From NCBI RefSeq assembly GCF_001457595.1, contig NZ_LN831039.1, positions 3,330,001 through 3,362,000 of the forward strand: 32,000 bases of DNA, given 5' to 3'. Numbering within the stretch: position 1 is the stretch's first letter; the number at the start of each line of letters is the position of its first letter. Origin of the DNA: Mycolicibacterium smegmatis. Its GTDB lineage: Bacteria; Actinomycetota; Actinomycetes; Mycobacteriales; Mycobacteriaceae. The position numbers and the translations under genes were made by a program. The notes beneath the pieces are model-generated. The model worked only from the letters and a program-made list of their open reading frames with translations, had not been told where the DNA came from and did no database searches. Positions 23,199-32,000 of this stretch are shown piece by piece.

Positions 23199-24180
23199 AC
23201 CCTCCACCAAGGCCACCGCCTGGGCAATCTTCGACCGCATCGTGGCCGACGCCGCACCCGGCGGGGTGCACACCAACCCGTGGCTGCGCAACGGCAACGC
23301 GCTGACGTACGTGCCCGATTTCCGGGTGCTGCGCAAGCTTCTCGCCGTGCCGTTGTATCTCGACGCCCCGTCGACCACGGGCGTCCCGGCGCTCGCGCTC
23401 GACGTGTGGCTGTCCTACGAGTTGCGGCGCGCGGGTTTCGACAGCGACGCGGTGTGGCCGCGCGCAAGCGACCCGCGGATCATGCCGGGCGCGATCTCCA
23501 GCCTGCTCGAGGCGCTCCCGCAGAAGGAGCGCCTGCTCATCGAGCAGCGGCTGCGGCGGTCGATGAAGGGCGTGTCGGGTTCCAGCGCAAGCGTGCTCGG
23601 CAAGCACTACATGAAGCAGGTCGACGTCGTGATGTCGGACTGGGACACCGGCCCGGAGCTGCTCATCAGCACCAAGCGCATGGATTCGAGCTTCGGCAAG
23701 AACGCCGCCAACCGCGTCGAGGAGAGCTACGGCGACGCCAAGAACCTCCGGTTGCGTCACCCTCTCGCGGCGCTGGGCTTCGTGTATGGCCTGCGCTCGA
23801 CGATCCTGTCCACCGAACCGGACAAGGCCGAATGGCTGATCGACCTGCTGGGCAAGCTCGGCACCGAGGACGACGCCTATCATGCCGTCGCACTCGTGAT
23901 GATCGACCACGACGCCGAGGTCAGCGAGCCCGACGACGAGGTGGACAGCCTCGAAAAGGCCGAGCCTGACACGCTTTTCGAGATCGTCGACGTCGAGACC
24001 GCGAAGGTCGACGAGGCGCTCGCGGCGCTGCCCGACATCGCGATCCGCCACGACGCGGTGCCGGAACAACTGCAGCCGGCCAGGTTCCTGCAGACCATGG
24101 TGGCGCGGGTCCTGGACGTCTCGCCCGTGACGCGGCACCGCGAGGCGCGCTTTCGCCGCAACACGGCCCCGCAGATGTGA
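23188..24180 (+). CDS. Restriction-endonuclease-like protein partnered with the upstream methyltransferase
   Basis: Overlaps the methyltransferase by 11 bp, same strand; QVDVVMSDWDTGPELLISTKRMDSSFGKNAANRVEESYGDAKNLR resembles a variant PD-(D/E)XK core of type II enzymes. Family membership not confirmed by search. Confidence 0.62.
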   Translation: MPAEPSTKATAWAIFDRIVADAAPGGVHTNPWLRNGNALTYVPDFRVLRKLLAVPLYLDAPSTTGVPALALDVWLSYELRRAGFDSDAVWPRASDPRIMPGAISSLLEALPQKERLLIEQRLRRSMKGVSGSSASVLGKHYMKQVDVVMSDWDTGPELLISTKRMDSSFGKNAANRVEESYGDAKNLRLRHPLAALGFVYGLRSTILSTEPDKAEWLIDLLGKLGTEDDAYHAVALVMIDHDAEVSEPDDEVDSLEKAEPDTLFEIVDVETAKVDEALAALPDIAIRHDAVPEQLQPARFLQTMVARVLDVSPVTRHREARFRRNTAPQM

Positions 24181-24187
24181 GCTTGTC

Positions 24188-24985
24188 TCAGAGCACGCGG
24201 GCGCCGGGTTTGGCGCGCGCGGTCCAGCGGCCCTCGTCGTAGGTCACCGTCACCGGATGAGCGAACGCCGTCGTGACGTGGTCGGTGGTGACGGTCTCGA
24301 CCGCACGTCCGGAGGCCACGGTGCGCCCCTCGGCGATCAGGATCGCGTGTGTGGTGCTCGTGGGCAGTTCCTCGAGGTGGTGCGTCACCAGGATCGACGC
24401 CATGTCCGGATGCGTATCATCCAGTGCGTCAAGGGTTTCCAGCAACTGTTCGCGTGCGGCGACGTCGAGGCCCGTGGTGGGTTCGTCGAGCAGCAGCAGC
24501 CGGGGATCCGAGATCAACGCCCGCGCGATCAGCGTGCGACCACGCTCGCCCTGCGACAGGGTCGGCCATTCGGCGTCGACGCGCGCCGACAGGCCCACGG
24601 TGTCGACGAGTTCCTCGGCGCGCGCGATCTGTTCGGGGCTGGGGGTCCAGCGTGCCGCGGTGTCCACCGTGGCGGTGATCCCGGTCAGCACCACCTCGCG
24701 CACCGTCAGCGGGTACTGCAACCGGTGGCGCGGGTTGACGTGGCCGATCGAGCGCCGCAGCACCGACAGGTCCGTGCGGCCCATCTGGGCGCCGAGCACC
24801 CACACCGACCCGGTCGTCGGAAACGTCACCGCCGCACAGAAACCCAACAGCGTGCTCTTGCCTGCCCCGTTCGGGCCCAGCAGCGCCCAGTGCTCGCCGC
24901 TGCGCACGGTCAGCGATATGCCGTCGATGATCTGCTTGCCGTTGCGGCGGAAGGTCACATCGTCGATCTTCAGGACTTCGGTCAC
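24188..24985 (-). CDS. Stand-alone ABC transporter ATP-binding protein
   Basis: Walker A GPNGAGKST, signature LSQGERGR, Walker B LLLLDEPTTG, H-loop VTHH. Confidence 0.92.
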   Translation of the reverse strand: MTEVLKIDDVTFRRNGKQIIDGISLTVRSGEHWALLGPNGAGKSTLLGFCAAVTFPTTGSVWVLGAQMGRTDLSVLRRSIGHVNPRHRLQYPLTVREVVLTGITATVDTAARWTPSPEQIARAEELVDTVGLSARVDAEWPTLSQGERGRTLIARALISDPRLLLLDEPTTGLDVAAREQLLETLDALDDTHPDMASILVTHHLEELPTSTTHAILIAEGRTVASGRAVETVTTDHVTTAFAHPVTVTYDEGRWTARAKPGARVL

Positions 24986-25102
24986 GTAAAGGACTCCATG
25001 TCAGGGCAGATGCTGCACTCATGTCAGGGCCGGGGCGCACCTCGTCGTGCGCGGGACGTCGCCCCGCGTAAGGCTACGCGCCCTTCCTGAAAGGTCCGGC
25101 GG

Positions 25103-25567
25103 TCAACGAGACCTGAGGACCTCGAGTGCCTTGTCGGCGTGGGTGTCCATGTTGATCTCGCTGGAGATCACGGCCAGCACCGTGCTGTCGGTGTCGATGA
25201 CGAAGGTGGTCCGCTTGACCGGCATGAGTTTGCCCAGCAATCCCCGCTTGACGCCGAACCGCGCGGCCACCGTGCCGTCGGCGTCGGAGAGCAGCGGGAA
25301 GGCGAACCGGTGGGTCTCGGCGAACCTGGCCTGTTTGGCAGGCGGATCGGTGCTGATCCCGACGGGATTCGCACCCACCGCGGCGAATTCTTGCGCCAGA
25401 TCACGGAAATGGCAGGCCTCTTTGGTGCACCCTGGGGTCATGGCCGCGGGGTAGAAGAACAGCACAACGGGACCGTCGCCGAGCAAACGCGTCAAGCTGC
25501 GTTTCTGTCCGGTCTGATCCGGCAGTTCGAACTCGGCGACGGTGTCACCCGTCCCTATAGAAGTCAT
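25103..25567 (-). CDS. Peroxiredoxin (thioredoxin-dependent thiol peroxidase, BCP/BcpB type)
   Basis: VVLFFYPAAMTPGCTKEACHFRDL; in-frame ATG 25567 (MTSIGTGDTVAEFELPD); sits before trpE as bcpB does in M. tuberculosis. Confidence 0.9.
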   Translation of the reverse strand: MTSIGTGDTVAEFELPDQTGQKRSLTRLLGDGPVVLFFYPAAMTPGCTKEACHFRDLAQEFAAVGANPVGISTDPPAKQARFAETHRFAFPLLSDADGTVAARFGVKRGLLGKLMPVKRTTFVIDTDSTVLAVISSEINMDTHADKALEVLRSR

Positions 25568-25591
25568 GACCGAGAACGCTACGCCGTCTTG

Positions 25592-25626
25592 ATGGCGGGG
25601 CCCTGATGTCGGTCTGGGAGGATTGA
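25592..25626 (+). promoter_or_regulatory. Candidate trpE leader mini-ORFs MAGP* and MSVWED*
   Basis: ATG at 25592 with stop 25604-25606; ATG at 25606 with stop 25624-25626; overlapping by TGATG; one Trp codon at 25615-25617. Confidence 0.3.
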
Positions 25627-25629
25627 TCC

Positions 25630-27204
25630 GTGCAGACCACCGCCAACCATTCCTCACGCTCCACGCAGACCGGCACGCGCGCCCACGGCGCCGCACTCGC
25701 CGAGACCACGTCGCGCGAGGACTTCCGGGCGCTGGCGACCGAGCACCGTGTGGTCCCCGTCATCCGCAAGGTGCTCGCCGACAGCGAGACACCCCTGTCG
25801 GCCTACCGCAAGCTCGCCGCCAACCGGCCAGGGACGTTCTTGCTGGAATCCGCGGAGAACGGTCGGTCGTGGTCGCGATGGTCGTTCATCGGCGCGGGAG
25901 CGCCGTCGGCGCTGACCGTGCGCGACAACGCGGCGGCATGGCTGGGCACCGCGCCCGAGGGGGCGCCGAGCGGCGGTGATCCGCTCGATGCGCTGCGCGC
26001 AACCCTCGATCTGCTCAAGACCGAGGCCATGGCGGGTCTGCCGCCCCTGTCGTCGGGTCTGGTCGGCTTCTTCGCCTATGACATGGTGCGCCGGCTCGAA
26101 CGGCTGCCGGAACTCGCGGTCGACGATCTCGGGCTGCCGGACATGCTGCTGCTGCTCGCGACCGACATCGCCGCGGTCGACCACCACGAGGGCACCATCA
26201 CGCTCATCGCCAACGCGGTGAACTGGAACGGCACCGACGAGCGGGTCGACTGGGCCTACGACGACGCGGTCGCGCGTCTGGACGTGATGACCAAGGCGCT
26301 GGGGCAGCCGTTGACCTCGGCGGTGGCGACGTTCAGCAGGCCCGCGCCCGATCACCGGGCGCAGCGCACGATGGAGGAGTACACCGAGATCGTCGACAAG
26401 CTGGTCGGCGACATCGAGGCCGGCGAGGCATTTCAGGTGGTGCCCTCGCAACGGTTCGAGATGGACACCGCGGCCGATCCGTTGGACGTCTACCGCATCC
26501 TGCGGGTGACCAACCCCAGCCCGTACATGTACCTGCTCAACATCCCCGACGCCGACGGAGGACTGGACTTCTCGATCGTCGGGTCGAGCCCAGAGGCGCT
26601 GGTGACGGTCAAGGACGGACGCGCCACCACGCATCCCATCGCGGGCACGCGGTGGCGCGGCGCCACCGAGGAAGAGGACGTGCTGCTCGAAAAGGAGCTG
26701 CTCGCCGACGAGAAGGAACGCGCCGAGCACCTCATGCTCGTCGACCTGGGCCGCAACGACCTGGGCCGGGTGTGCCGGCCCGGCACCGTGCGTGTCGACG
26801 ACTACAGCCACATCGAGCGCTACAGCCACGTCATGCATCTGGTGTCGACGGTCACCGGTGAGCTCGCCGAGGACAAGACCGCCCTTGACGCGGTGACGGC
26901 GTGCTTCCCGGCGGGCACGTTGTCGGGTGCGCCGAAGGTGCGTGCCATGGAGCTCATCGAGGAGGTCGAGAAGACACGCCGCGGCCTCTACGGCGGTGTC
27001 GTCGGGTACCTCGACTTCGCGGGCAACGCCGACTTCGCCATCGCCATCCGCACCGCACTGATGCGCAACGGAACCGCCTACGTGCAGGCCGGCGGGGGAG
27101 TCGTGGCCGACTCCAACGGCCCGTACGAGTACACCGAGGCCGCCAACAAGGCCCGTGCGGTGCTCAACGCGATCGCCGCGGCAGCGACCCTGGCGGAACC
27201 ATGA
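25630..27204 (+). CDS. trpE: Anthranilate synthase component I
   Basis: [79 protein letters not shown]; GTG start with GGGAGG 25616-25621. Confidence 0.97.
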   Translation: MQTTANHSSRSTQTGTRAHGAALAETTSREDFRALATEHRVVPVIRKVLADSETPLSAYRKLAANRPGTFLLESAENGRSWSRWSFIGAGAPSALTVRDNAAAWLGTAPEGAPSGGDPLDALRATLDLLKTEAMAGLPPLSSGLVGFFAYDMVRRLERLPELAVDDLGLPDMLLLLATDIAAVDHHEGTITLIANAVNWNGTDERVDWAYDDAVARLDVMTKALGQPLTSAVATFSRPAPDHRAQRTMEEYTEIVDKLVGDIEAGEAFQVVPSQRFEMDTAADPLDVYRILRVTNPSPYMYLLNIPDADGGLDFSIVGSSPEALVTVKDGRATTHPIAGTRWRGATEEEDVLLEKELLADEKERAEHLMLVDLGRNDLGRVCRPGTVRVDDYSHIERYSHVMHLVSTVTGELAEDKTALDAVTACFPAGTLSGAPKVRAMELIEEVEKTRRGLYGGVVGYLDFAGNADFAIAIRTALMRNGTAYVQAGGGVVADSNGPYEYTEAANKARAVLNAIAAAATLAEP

Positions 27205-27815
27205 CCCGCGCGGCGCAGGCTCTTCTCGTCGTGGCGGCCCTCGGACTGTGGGGCGCGTCGCGGTTCAACTGGGTCGAGGTGCGCTCGTTCGACGGTCTCG
27301 GGCAACCCAAGACCACCGCGCTTACCGGCGCGTCGTGGTCGACGGCGCTGATCCCGCTCGCGTTGCTGGCGCTGGCCGCCGCGGTGGCGGCCCTGGCCGT
27401 TCGGGGCTGGATGCTGCGGTTGCTGGCGATCCTGGTGGCCGCCGCCAGCGCGGGGATGGGATACCTGGCGATCAGTCTGTGGGCGGTGCGCGACGTGGCC
27501 GTCCGCGCAGCTGACCTCGCCCTCGTCCCGGTCGCGCAGCTCACCGGAACACATCGCTACTACACGGGTGCGGTGATCACCCTCGCGGCCGCGGTTTGCA
27601 CGCTGGTCGGCGCTGTGCTGCTGATGCGGTCGGCCAACGGTTCGCAGCGTGCCGTTGCCGCGCGTTACGCCGCGCCTGCGGCCCGGCGGACGGCCGCTCA
27701 ACACGACGTATCCAGCGAATCCATGTCCGAGCGAATGATCTGGGATGCGCTGGATGAGGGACATGATCCGACGGGGGATCAGGACGATACGGACAGAAGG
27801 GGCGGTGACAGATGA
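27201..27815 (+). CDS. Trp-region conserved membrane protein (TIGR02234 / Rv1610-like)
   Basis: [38 protein letters not shown], 4 TM segments, ATGA overlap with trpE. Confidence 0.85.
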   Translation: MTRAAQALLVVAALGLWGASRFNWVEVRSFDGLGQPKTTALTGASWSTALIPLALLALAAAVAALAVRGWMLRLLAILVAAASAGMGYLAISLWAVRDVAVRAADLALVPVAQLTGTHRYYTGAVITLAAAVCTLVGAVLLMRSANGSQRAVAARYAAPAARRTAAQHDVSSESMSERMIWDALDEGHDPTGDQDDTDRRGGDR

Positions 27816-27891
27816 GGGTGTGGGGACGGTTACCCTTCGATGGAGGTCAGCCGGGATCGACCCGGGTAAACCGGAAAGGAATGGACGGGCG

Positions 27892-28710
27892 ATGAGTTCG
27901 GCCACAGTGCTCGACTCCATCATCGAGGGAGTCCGCGCCGATGTAGCCGCCCGCGAGGCCGTCATCAGCCTTGACGAGATCAAAGAGCGGGCCAAGGCGG
28001 CGCCACCGCCGCTGAACGTGATGGCCGCCCTGCGGGAACCGGGAATCGGTGTCATCGCGGAGGTCAAGCGCGCGAGTCCCTCGCGGGGCGCACTGGCCTC
28101 GATCGGCGATCCCGCCGAGTTGGCTCAGGCATACCAGGACGGCGGCGCGCGCGTGATCAGCGTGCTGACCGAGCAGCGCAGGTTCAACGGCTCGTTGGAC
28201 GACCTCGACGCGGTTCGGGCAGCGGTGTCGATTCCGGTGCTGCGCAAGGACTTCATCGTCCGGCCGTACCAGATCCACGAGGCCAGGGCACACGGTGCCG
28301 ACATGCTGCTGCTGATCGTGGCCGCGCTCGACCAGCCCGTGTTGGAGTCGCTGCTGGAGCGCACCGAATCCCTGGGGATGACCGCTCTGGTCGAGGTGCA
28401 CACCGAGGAAGAGGCCGACCGCGCGCTGAAGGCGGGCGCGTCGGTGATCGGGGTCAACGCCCGCGACCTCAAGACCCTCGAGGTGGACCGCACCGTCTTC
28501 AGCCGGATCGCTCCGGGCCTTCCCAGCAACGTCATCCGTGTCGCGGAATCCGGCGTGCGCGGTACGGCCGACCTGCTGGCCTACGCGGGCGCGGGCGCCG
28601 ACGCGGTGCTCGTCGGGGAGGGCCTGGTGACCAGCGGGGATCCCCGCAGCGCGGTCGCCGATCTGGTCACCGCAGGCACGCACCCGTCCTGCCCGAAACC
28701 GGCCCGCTGA
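27892..28710 (+). CDS. trpC: Indole-3-glycerol-phosphate synthase
   Basis: [57 protein letters not shown]; ATG 27892, track start 27745 too early. Confidence 0.96.
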   Translation: MSSATVLDSIIEGVRADVAAREAVISLDEIKERAKAAPPPLNVMAALREPGIGVIAEVKRASPSRGALASIGDPAELAQAYQDGGARVISVLTEQRRFNGSLDDLDAVRAAVSIPVLRKDFIVRPYQIHEARAHGADMLLLIVAALDQPVLESLLERTESLGMTALVEVHTEEEADRALKAGASVIGVNARDLKTLEVDRTVFSRIAPGLPSNVIRVAESGVRGTADLLAYAGAGADAVLVGEGLVTSGDPRSAVADLVTAGTHPSCPKPAR

Positions 28711-28745
28711 CGCGGCATGAGCCGCCCGTACGAAAAGAAGCACTG

Positions 28746-30023
28746 ATGGCGTATCACGCCGGCCCGGACCTGCCGCGTTCCAGCGCGGGGGTGGCCGAAC
28801 CCACGTCCCACGACCCCGACGCGCGCGGGCACTTCGGTCCGTACGGCGGCCGCCTCGTCCCCGAGGCGCTGATGGCGGTGATCGAAGAGGTCACCGCCGC
28901 CTACGAGAAGTGCCGCGGCGACCAGACGTTCCTCGACGAACTCGACCGCCTGCAGCGTCACTACAGCGGCAGGCCGTCGCCGCTGTACGAGGCGACGCGG
29001 TTGTCCGAGCACGCCGGCGGCGCGCGCATCTTCCTCAAGCGGGAAGACTTGAACCACACCGGATCTCACAAGATCAACAACGTGCTGGGGCAGGCCCTGC
29101 TGGCGCGTCAGATGGGCAAGACGCGCGTCATCGCCGAGACCGGCGCCGGTCAGCACGGCGTGGCCACCGCGACCGCGTGTGCCCTGCTGGGACTCGAGTG
29201 CGTCATCTACATGGGCGCGGTCGACACGGCCCGCCAGGCGCTCAACGTCGCCCGCATGCGACTGCTCGGCGCGACCGTGGTGTCGGTCGAGGCCGGTTCC
29301 AAGACCCTCAAGGACGCCATCAACGAGGCGTTCCGCGACTGGGTGACCAACGCCGACGAGACGTACTACTGCTTCGGCACCGCCGCGGGCCCGCATCCGT
29401 TCCCGCTCATGGTCCGTGACTTCCAGCGGATCATCGGCCTGGAGGCCCGGGTTCAGGTCCAGGACCAGGCCGGGCGGCTGCCCGACGCGGTGACCGCATG
29501 CGTCGGCGGCGGCTCGAACGCCATCGGCATCTTCCACGCCTTCATCGACGATCCGGGTGTCCGTCTGATCGGATTCGAGGCCGCAGGCGACGGCGTGGAG
29601 ACCGGCAGGCACGCCGCGACCTTCACCGGTGGTTCGCCCGGCGCGTTCCAGGGGTCGTTCTCCTACCTGTTGCAGGACGAGGACGGGCAGACCATCGAGT
29701 CCCATTCGATCTCGGCGGGTCTGGACTACCCGGGCGTCGGACCCGAGCACGCCCTGCTCAAGGACATCGGGCGCGCCGAATACCGGCCCATCACCGACAC
29801 CGAGGCCATGGACGCCTTCCGCCTGCTGTGCCGCACCGAGGGGATCATCCCGGCGATCGAATCCGCGCACGCCGTGGCGGGTGCGCTCAAGCTGGGCCCC
29901 GAACTCGGCGCGGGATCGGTCATCGTGGTGAACCTGTCCGGACGTGGTGACAAGGACGTCGAGACCGCGGCCAAGTGGTTCGGCCTGCTCGACGAAGGAC
30001 AGGGCGAAGGAGAAGCCCGATGA
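28746..30023 (+). CDS. trpB: Tryptophan synthase beta subunit
   Basis: [49 protein letters not shown]. Confidence 0.97.
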   Translation: MAYHAGPDLPRSSAGVAEPTSHDPDARGHFGPYGGRLVPEALMAVIEEVTAAYEKCRGDQTFLDELDRLQRHYSGRPSPLYEATRLSEHAGGARIFLKREDLNHTGSHKINNVLGQALLARQMGKTRVIAETGAGQHGVATATACALLGLECVIYMGAVDTARQALNVARMRLLGATVVSVEAGSKTLKDAINEAFRDWVTNADETYYCFGTAAGPHPFPLMVRDFQRIIGLEARVQVQDQAGRLPDAVTACVGGGSNAIGIFHAFIDDPGVRLIGFEAAGDGVETGRHAATFTGGSPGAFQGSFSYLLQDEDGQTIESHSISAGLDYPGVGPEHALLKDIGRAEYRPITDTEAMDAFRLLCRTEGIIPAIESAHAVAGALKLGPELGAGSVIVVNLSGRGDKDVETAAKWFGLLDEGQGEGEAR

Positions 30024-30808
30024 GCCGACTGGGCGCAATGTTCGACAGCTGCCGCGCCGAAGACCGCGCCGCGCTGATCGGTTACCTGCCGACCGGGTTC
30101 CCCGATGTGCCGACCTCGATCGCCGCGATGACCGCACTGGTCGAATCCGGTTGCGATCTGGTCGAAGTCGGCGTCCCGTACTCCGATCCCGGCATGGACG
30201 GCCCGACGATCGCCGCGGCGACCGAGACGGCGCTCGCCGGCGGGGTCAAGGTGCGTGACACCCTGACCGCAGTCGAGGCCATCAGCAACGCTGGCGGCCG
30301 CGCCGTGGTGATGACGTACTGGAATCCGGTGCTGCGCAAGGGTGTCGACGCCTTTGCGCGTGACCTGGCCAATGCGGGCGGCTACGGTCTGATCACCCCG
30401 GACCTGATCCCCGAGGAAGCCGACGAGTGGATGGCGGCTTCCGAGGCGAACGACCTCGACCGCATCTTCCTGGTCGCCCCGTCGTCGACGCACGAACGCC
30501 TCGCCAAGACCATCGAGGTGAGCCGCGGATTCGTCTACGCCGCCTCGACCATGGGTGTGACCGGCGCCCGCGACGCGGTGTCGTCGTCGGCCCCCGAACT
30601 GGTGCGGCGCATCCGCGAGGTGTCCGACATCCCGGTCGGGGTCGGCCTCGGCGTGCGTTCAGGTGAGCAGGCCGCCCAGATCGGGTCGTACAGTGACGGC
30701 GTGATCGTGGGCTCGGCATTGGTCGCCGCACTGCAGGACGGTGTGGATGCGGTGAGCCGCCTGACCGAAGAACTCGCCGGTGGTGTTCGGCGGAGGGTGT
30801 CAGCTTGA
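30020..30808 (+). CDS. trpA: Tryptophan synthase alpha subunit
   Basis: [25 protein letters not shown]-like [33 protein letters not shown]; ATG 30020 overlaps trpB stop. Confidence 0.96.
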   Translation: MSRLGAMFDSCRAEDRAALIGYLPTGFPDVPTSIAAMTALVESGCDLVEVGVPYSDPGMDGPTIAAATETALAGGVKVRDTLTAVEAISNAGGRAVVMTYWNPVLRKGVDAFARDLANAGGYGLITPDLIPEEADEWMAASEANDLDRIFLVAPSSTHERLAKTIEVSRGFVYAASTMGVTGARDAVSSSAPELVRRIREVSDIPVGVGLGVRSGEQAAQIGSYSDGVIVGSALVAALQDGVDAVSRLTEELAGGVRRRVSA

Positions 30809-32000
30809 CCACAACCGTGCTCGCATACCTGCCCAGCCCCTCTCAGGGCGTCTGGCATCTGGGCCCGGTACCGATCCGCGCGTACGCGCTCTGCATCATC
30901 GTCGGCATCGTCGCCGCGCTGGTCATCGGTGACCGTCGTTGGCAGGCCCGGGGTGGCGAGCCCGGCGTCATCTACGACATCGCGCTGTGGGCCGTGCCGT
31001 TCGGCCTGGCCGGTGGCCGGATCTACCACGTCATCACCGACTGGAAGACCTACTTCGGGCCCACCGGAAAAGGTTTCGGCGCGGCTCTGCAGATCTGGGA
31101 GGGCGGCCTCGGGATCTGGGGCGCGGTGGCGTTCGGTGCGGTGGGCGCGTGGATCGCCTGCCGCCTGCGCGGAATTCCCCTGCCCGCGTTCGGCGATGCG
31201 ATCGCGCCGGGCATCATCCTGGCGCAGGGCATCGGCCGGCTGGGCAACTACTTCAACCAGGAGCTTTACGGCCGGCCCACCGACGTGCCGTGGGGTCTGG
31301 AGATCTACGAACGGCTCAACAAGTTCGGGCAGTCCGATCAGCTCAACGGGGTGTCCACAGGCCAGGTCACGGCCGTGGTCCACCCCACGTTCCTGTACGA
31401 GTTGATCTGGAACATCGCGGTTTTCGGCTTCCTCATCTGGGTCGACCGCAAGTTCCGCATCGGTCATGGACGGCTGTTCGCCCTCTACGTGGCGTCGTAC
31501 TGCGTGGGCCGGTTCTGGGTCGAGTTGATGCGCAGCGACACCGCGACCGAGTTCGCCGGCATCCGCGTCAACACCTTCACCTCGACGTTCGTGTTCATCG
31601 GCGCCGTCGTCTACATCATGCTCGCACCCAAGGGCCGCGAGGAACCGGAATCGTTGCGTGGCAAGGCCGCCGACGAGACCGAAGAGGGCGACGAGGAGTC
31701 CCTGGTCGACGAGGCAGGCAAAGAACTGGTGGCGGCCGCCGCCGGAACCGGGGTGGTGGCTGCCGCCACGGCCGCGGCACGTGAGGACACCGACGACACC
31801 GACGGGACCACCGACCCCGCCGCGGCGTCCGACGAACCCGGCGACGAGGCCGAACCCGAAACCGAAGCGGCCACCGCGGTACTCACCGCGGATGGCGCCG
31901 AGGCCATGTCGGTCGACGAACAGCCCGACGATGACGAGGCCGTCGACGAAGGAGCCGGTCAGGAAGCCGAAGAACCGGCCGACGAGCTCGTCGAACTCGC
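30805..32000 (+). CDS. lgt: Prolipoprotein diacylglyceryl transferase with long acidic C-terminal tail (truncated by window end)
   Basis: Own translation: [34 protein letters not shown]...GGRIYHVITDW...LAQGIGRLGNYFNQELYGRPTDVPWGLEI...HPTFLYELIWN; TTG start overlapping trpA stop (TTGA). Not listed in the ORF track because it runs off the window. Confidence 0.95.
   Translation, partial: MTTTVLAYLPSPSQGVWHLGPVPIRAYALCIIVGIVAALVIGDRRWQARGGEPGVIYDIALWAVPFGLAGGRIYHVITDWKTYFGPTGKGFGAALQIWEGGLGIWGAVAFGAVGAWIACRLRGIPLPAFGDAIAPGIILAQGIGRLGNYFNQELYGRPTDVPWGLEIYERLNKFGQSDQLNGVSTGQVTAVVHPTFLYELIWNIAVFGFLIWVDRKFRIGHGRLFALYVASYCVGRFWVELMRSDTATEFAGIRVNTFTSTFVFIGAVVYIMLAPKGREEPESLRGKAADETEEGDEESLVDEAGKELVAAAAGTGVVAAATAAAREDTDDTDGTTDPAAASDEPGDEAEPETEAATAVLTADGAEAMSVDEQPDDDEAVDEGAGQEAEEPADELVEL

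Noticed and set aside
22999-24138. 379-aa antisense ORF over the restriction-like gene, and 21351..22370 antisense over the methyltransferase
   Set aside because: The plus-strand readings contain clear MTase motifs and a coherent partner; the antisense products do not.
21573-24180. Full phage-defence island (BREX, DISARM, Zorya or similar) or prophage
   Set aside because: Only two candidate genes with R-M character; no helicase, PglZ, integrase, phage or mobility genes around them.
25566-25630. Classical multi-Trp transcription attenuator before trpE
   Set aside because: Only one Trp codon and no convincing terminator hairpin followed by T's; kept only as a weaker mini-ORF hypothesis.
28581-30137. 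518-aa antisense ORF over trpB
   Set aside because: trpB is unambiguous on the plus strand; the antisense is a GC artefact.
30939-31784. 281-aa plus-strand ORF and 30535..31467 minus-strand ORF
   Set aside because: Wrong frames of lgt; the lgt reading from TTG 30805 has all family motifs.

Overview
High-GC mycobacterial chromosome segment. Its gene order (bioA-bioF-bioD ... bioQ/bioB-bsaP, nrtR/nadA-nadB-nadC, hisDCBHA-impA-FI, trpE ... trpCBA-lgt) looks like Mycolicibacterium smegmatis or a close relative; the species call is inference from synteny. Most of the window is conserved biosynthetic housekeeping: biotin, NAD, histidine and tryptophan. The non-routine parts are: (1) a two-gene cassette between hisI and the trp cluster, made of an N6-adenine DNA methyltransferase (GAFFTP / FEPSAG / NPPYIRY motifs) overlapping a restriction-endonuclease-like protein, probably a type II R-M system; (2) a secreted-looking PGRS-like Gly-rich protein with no PE domain and a Ser-rich tail encoded by 12-bp repeats; (3) BioQ-type TGAAC-N3-GTTCA operators, with a decayed half-site/hairpin tandem array in front of bioF; (4) a perfect palindrome enclosing a perfect minus-strand TATAAT box between nrtR and nadA; (5) a chain of TGATG-overlapping mini-ORFs, the last containing a Trp codon, directly in front of trpE; (6) a canonical intrinsic terminator after the lysE-type gene and an unusually AT-rich intergenic region. 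I saw no tRNA, rRNA, CRISPR array or transposase. I do not see a clearly undescribed multi-gene system. The R-M-like cassette and the PE-less PGRS protein are the best candidates for something poorly characterised. Many large antisense ORFs in the track are high-GC artefacts.
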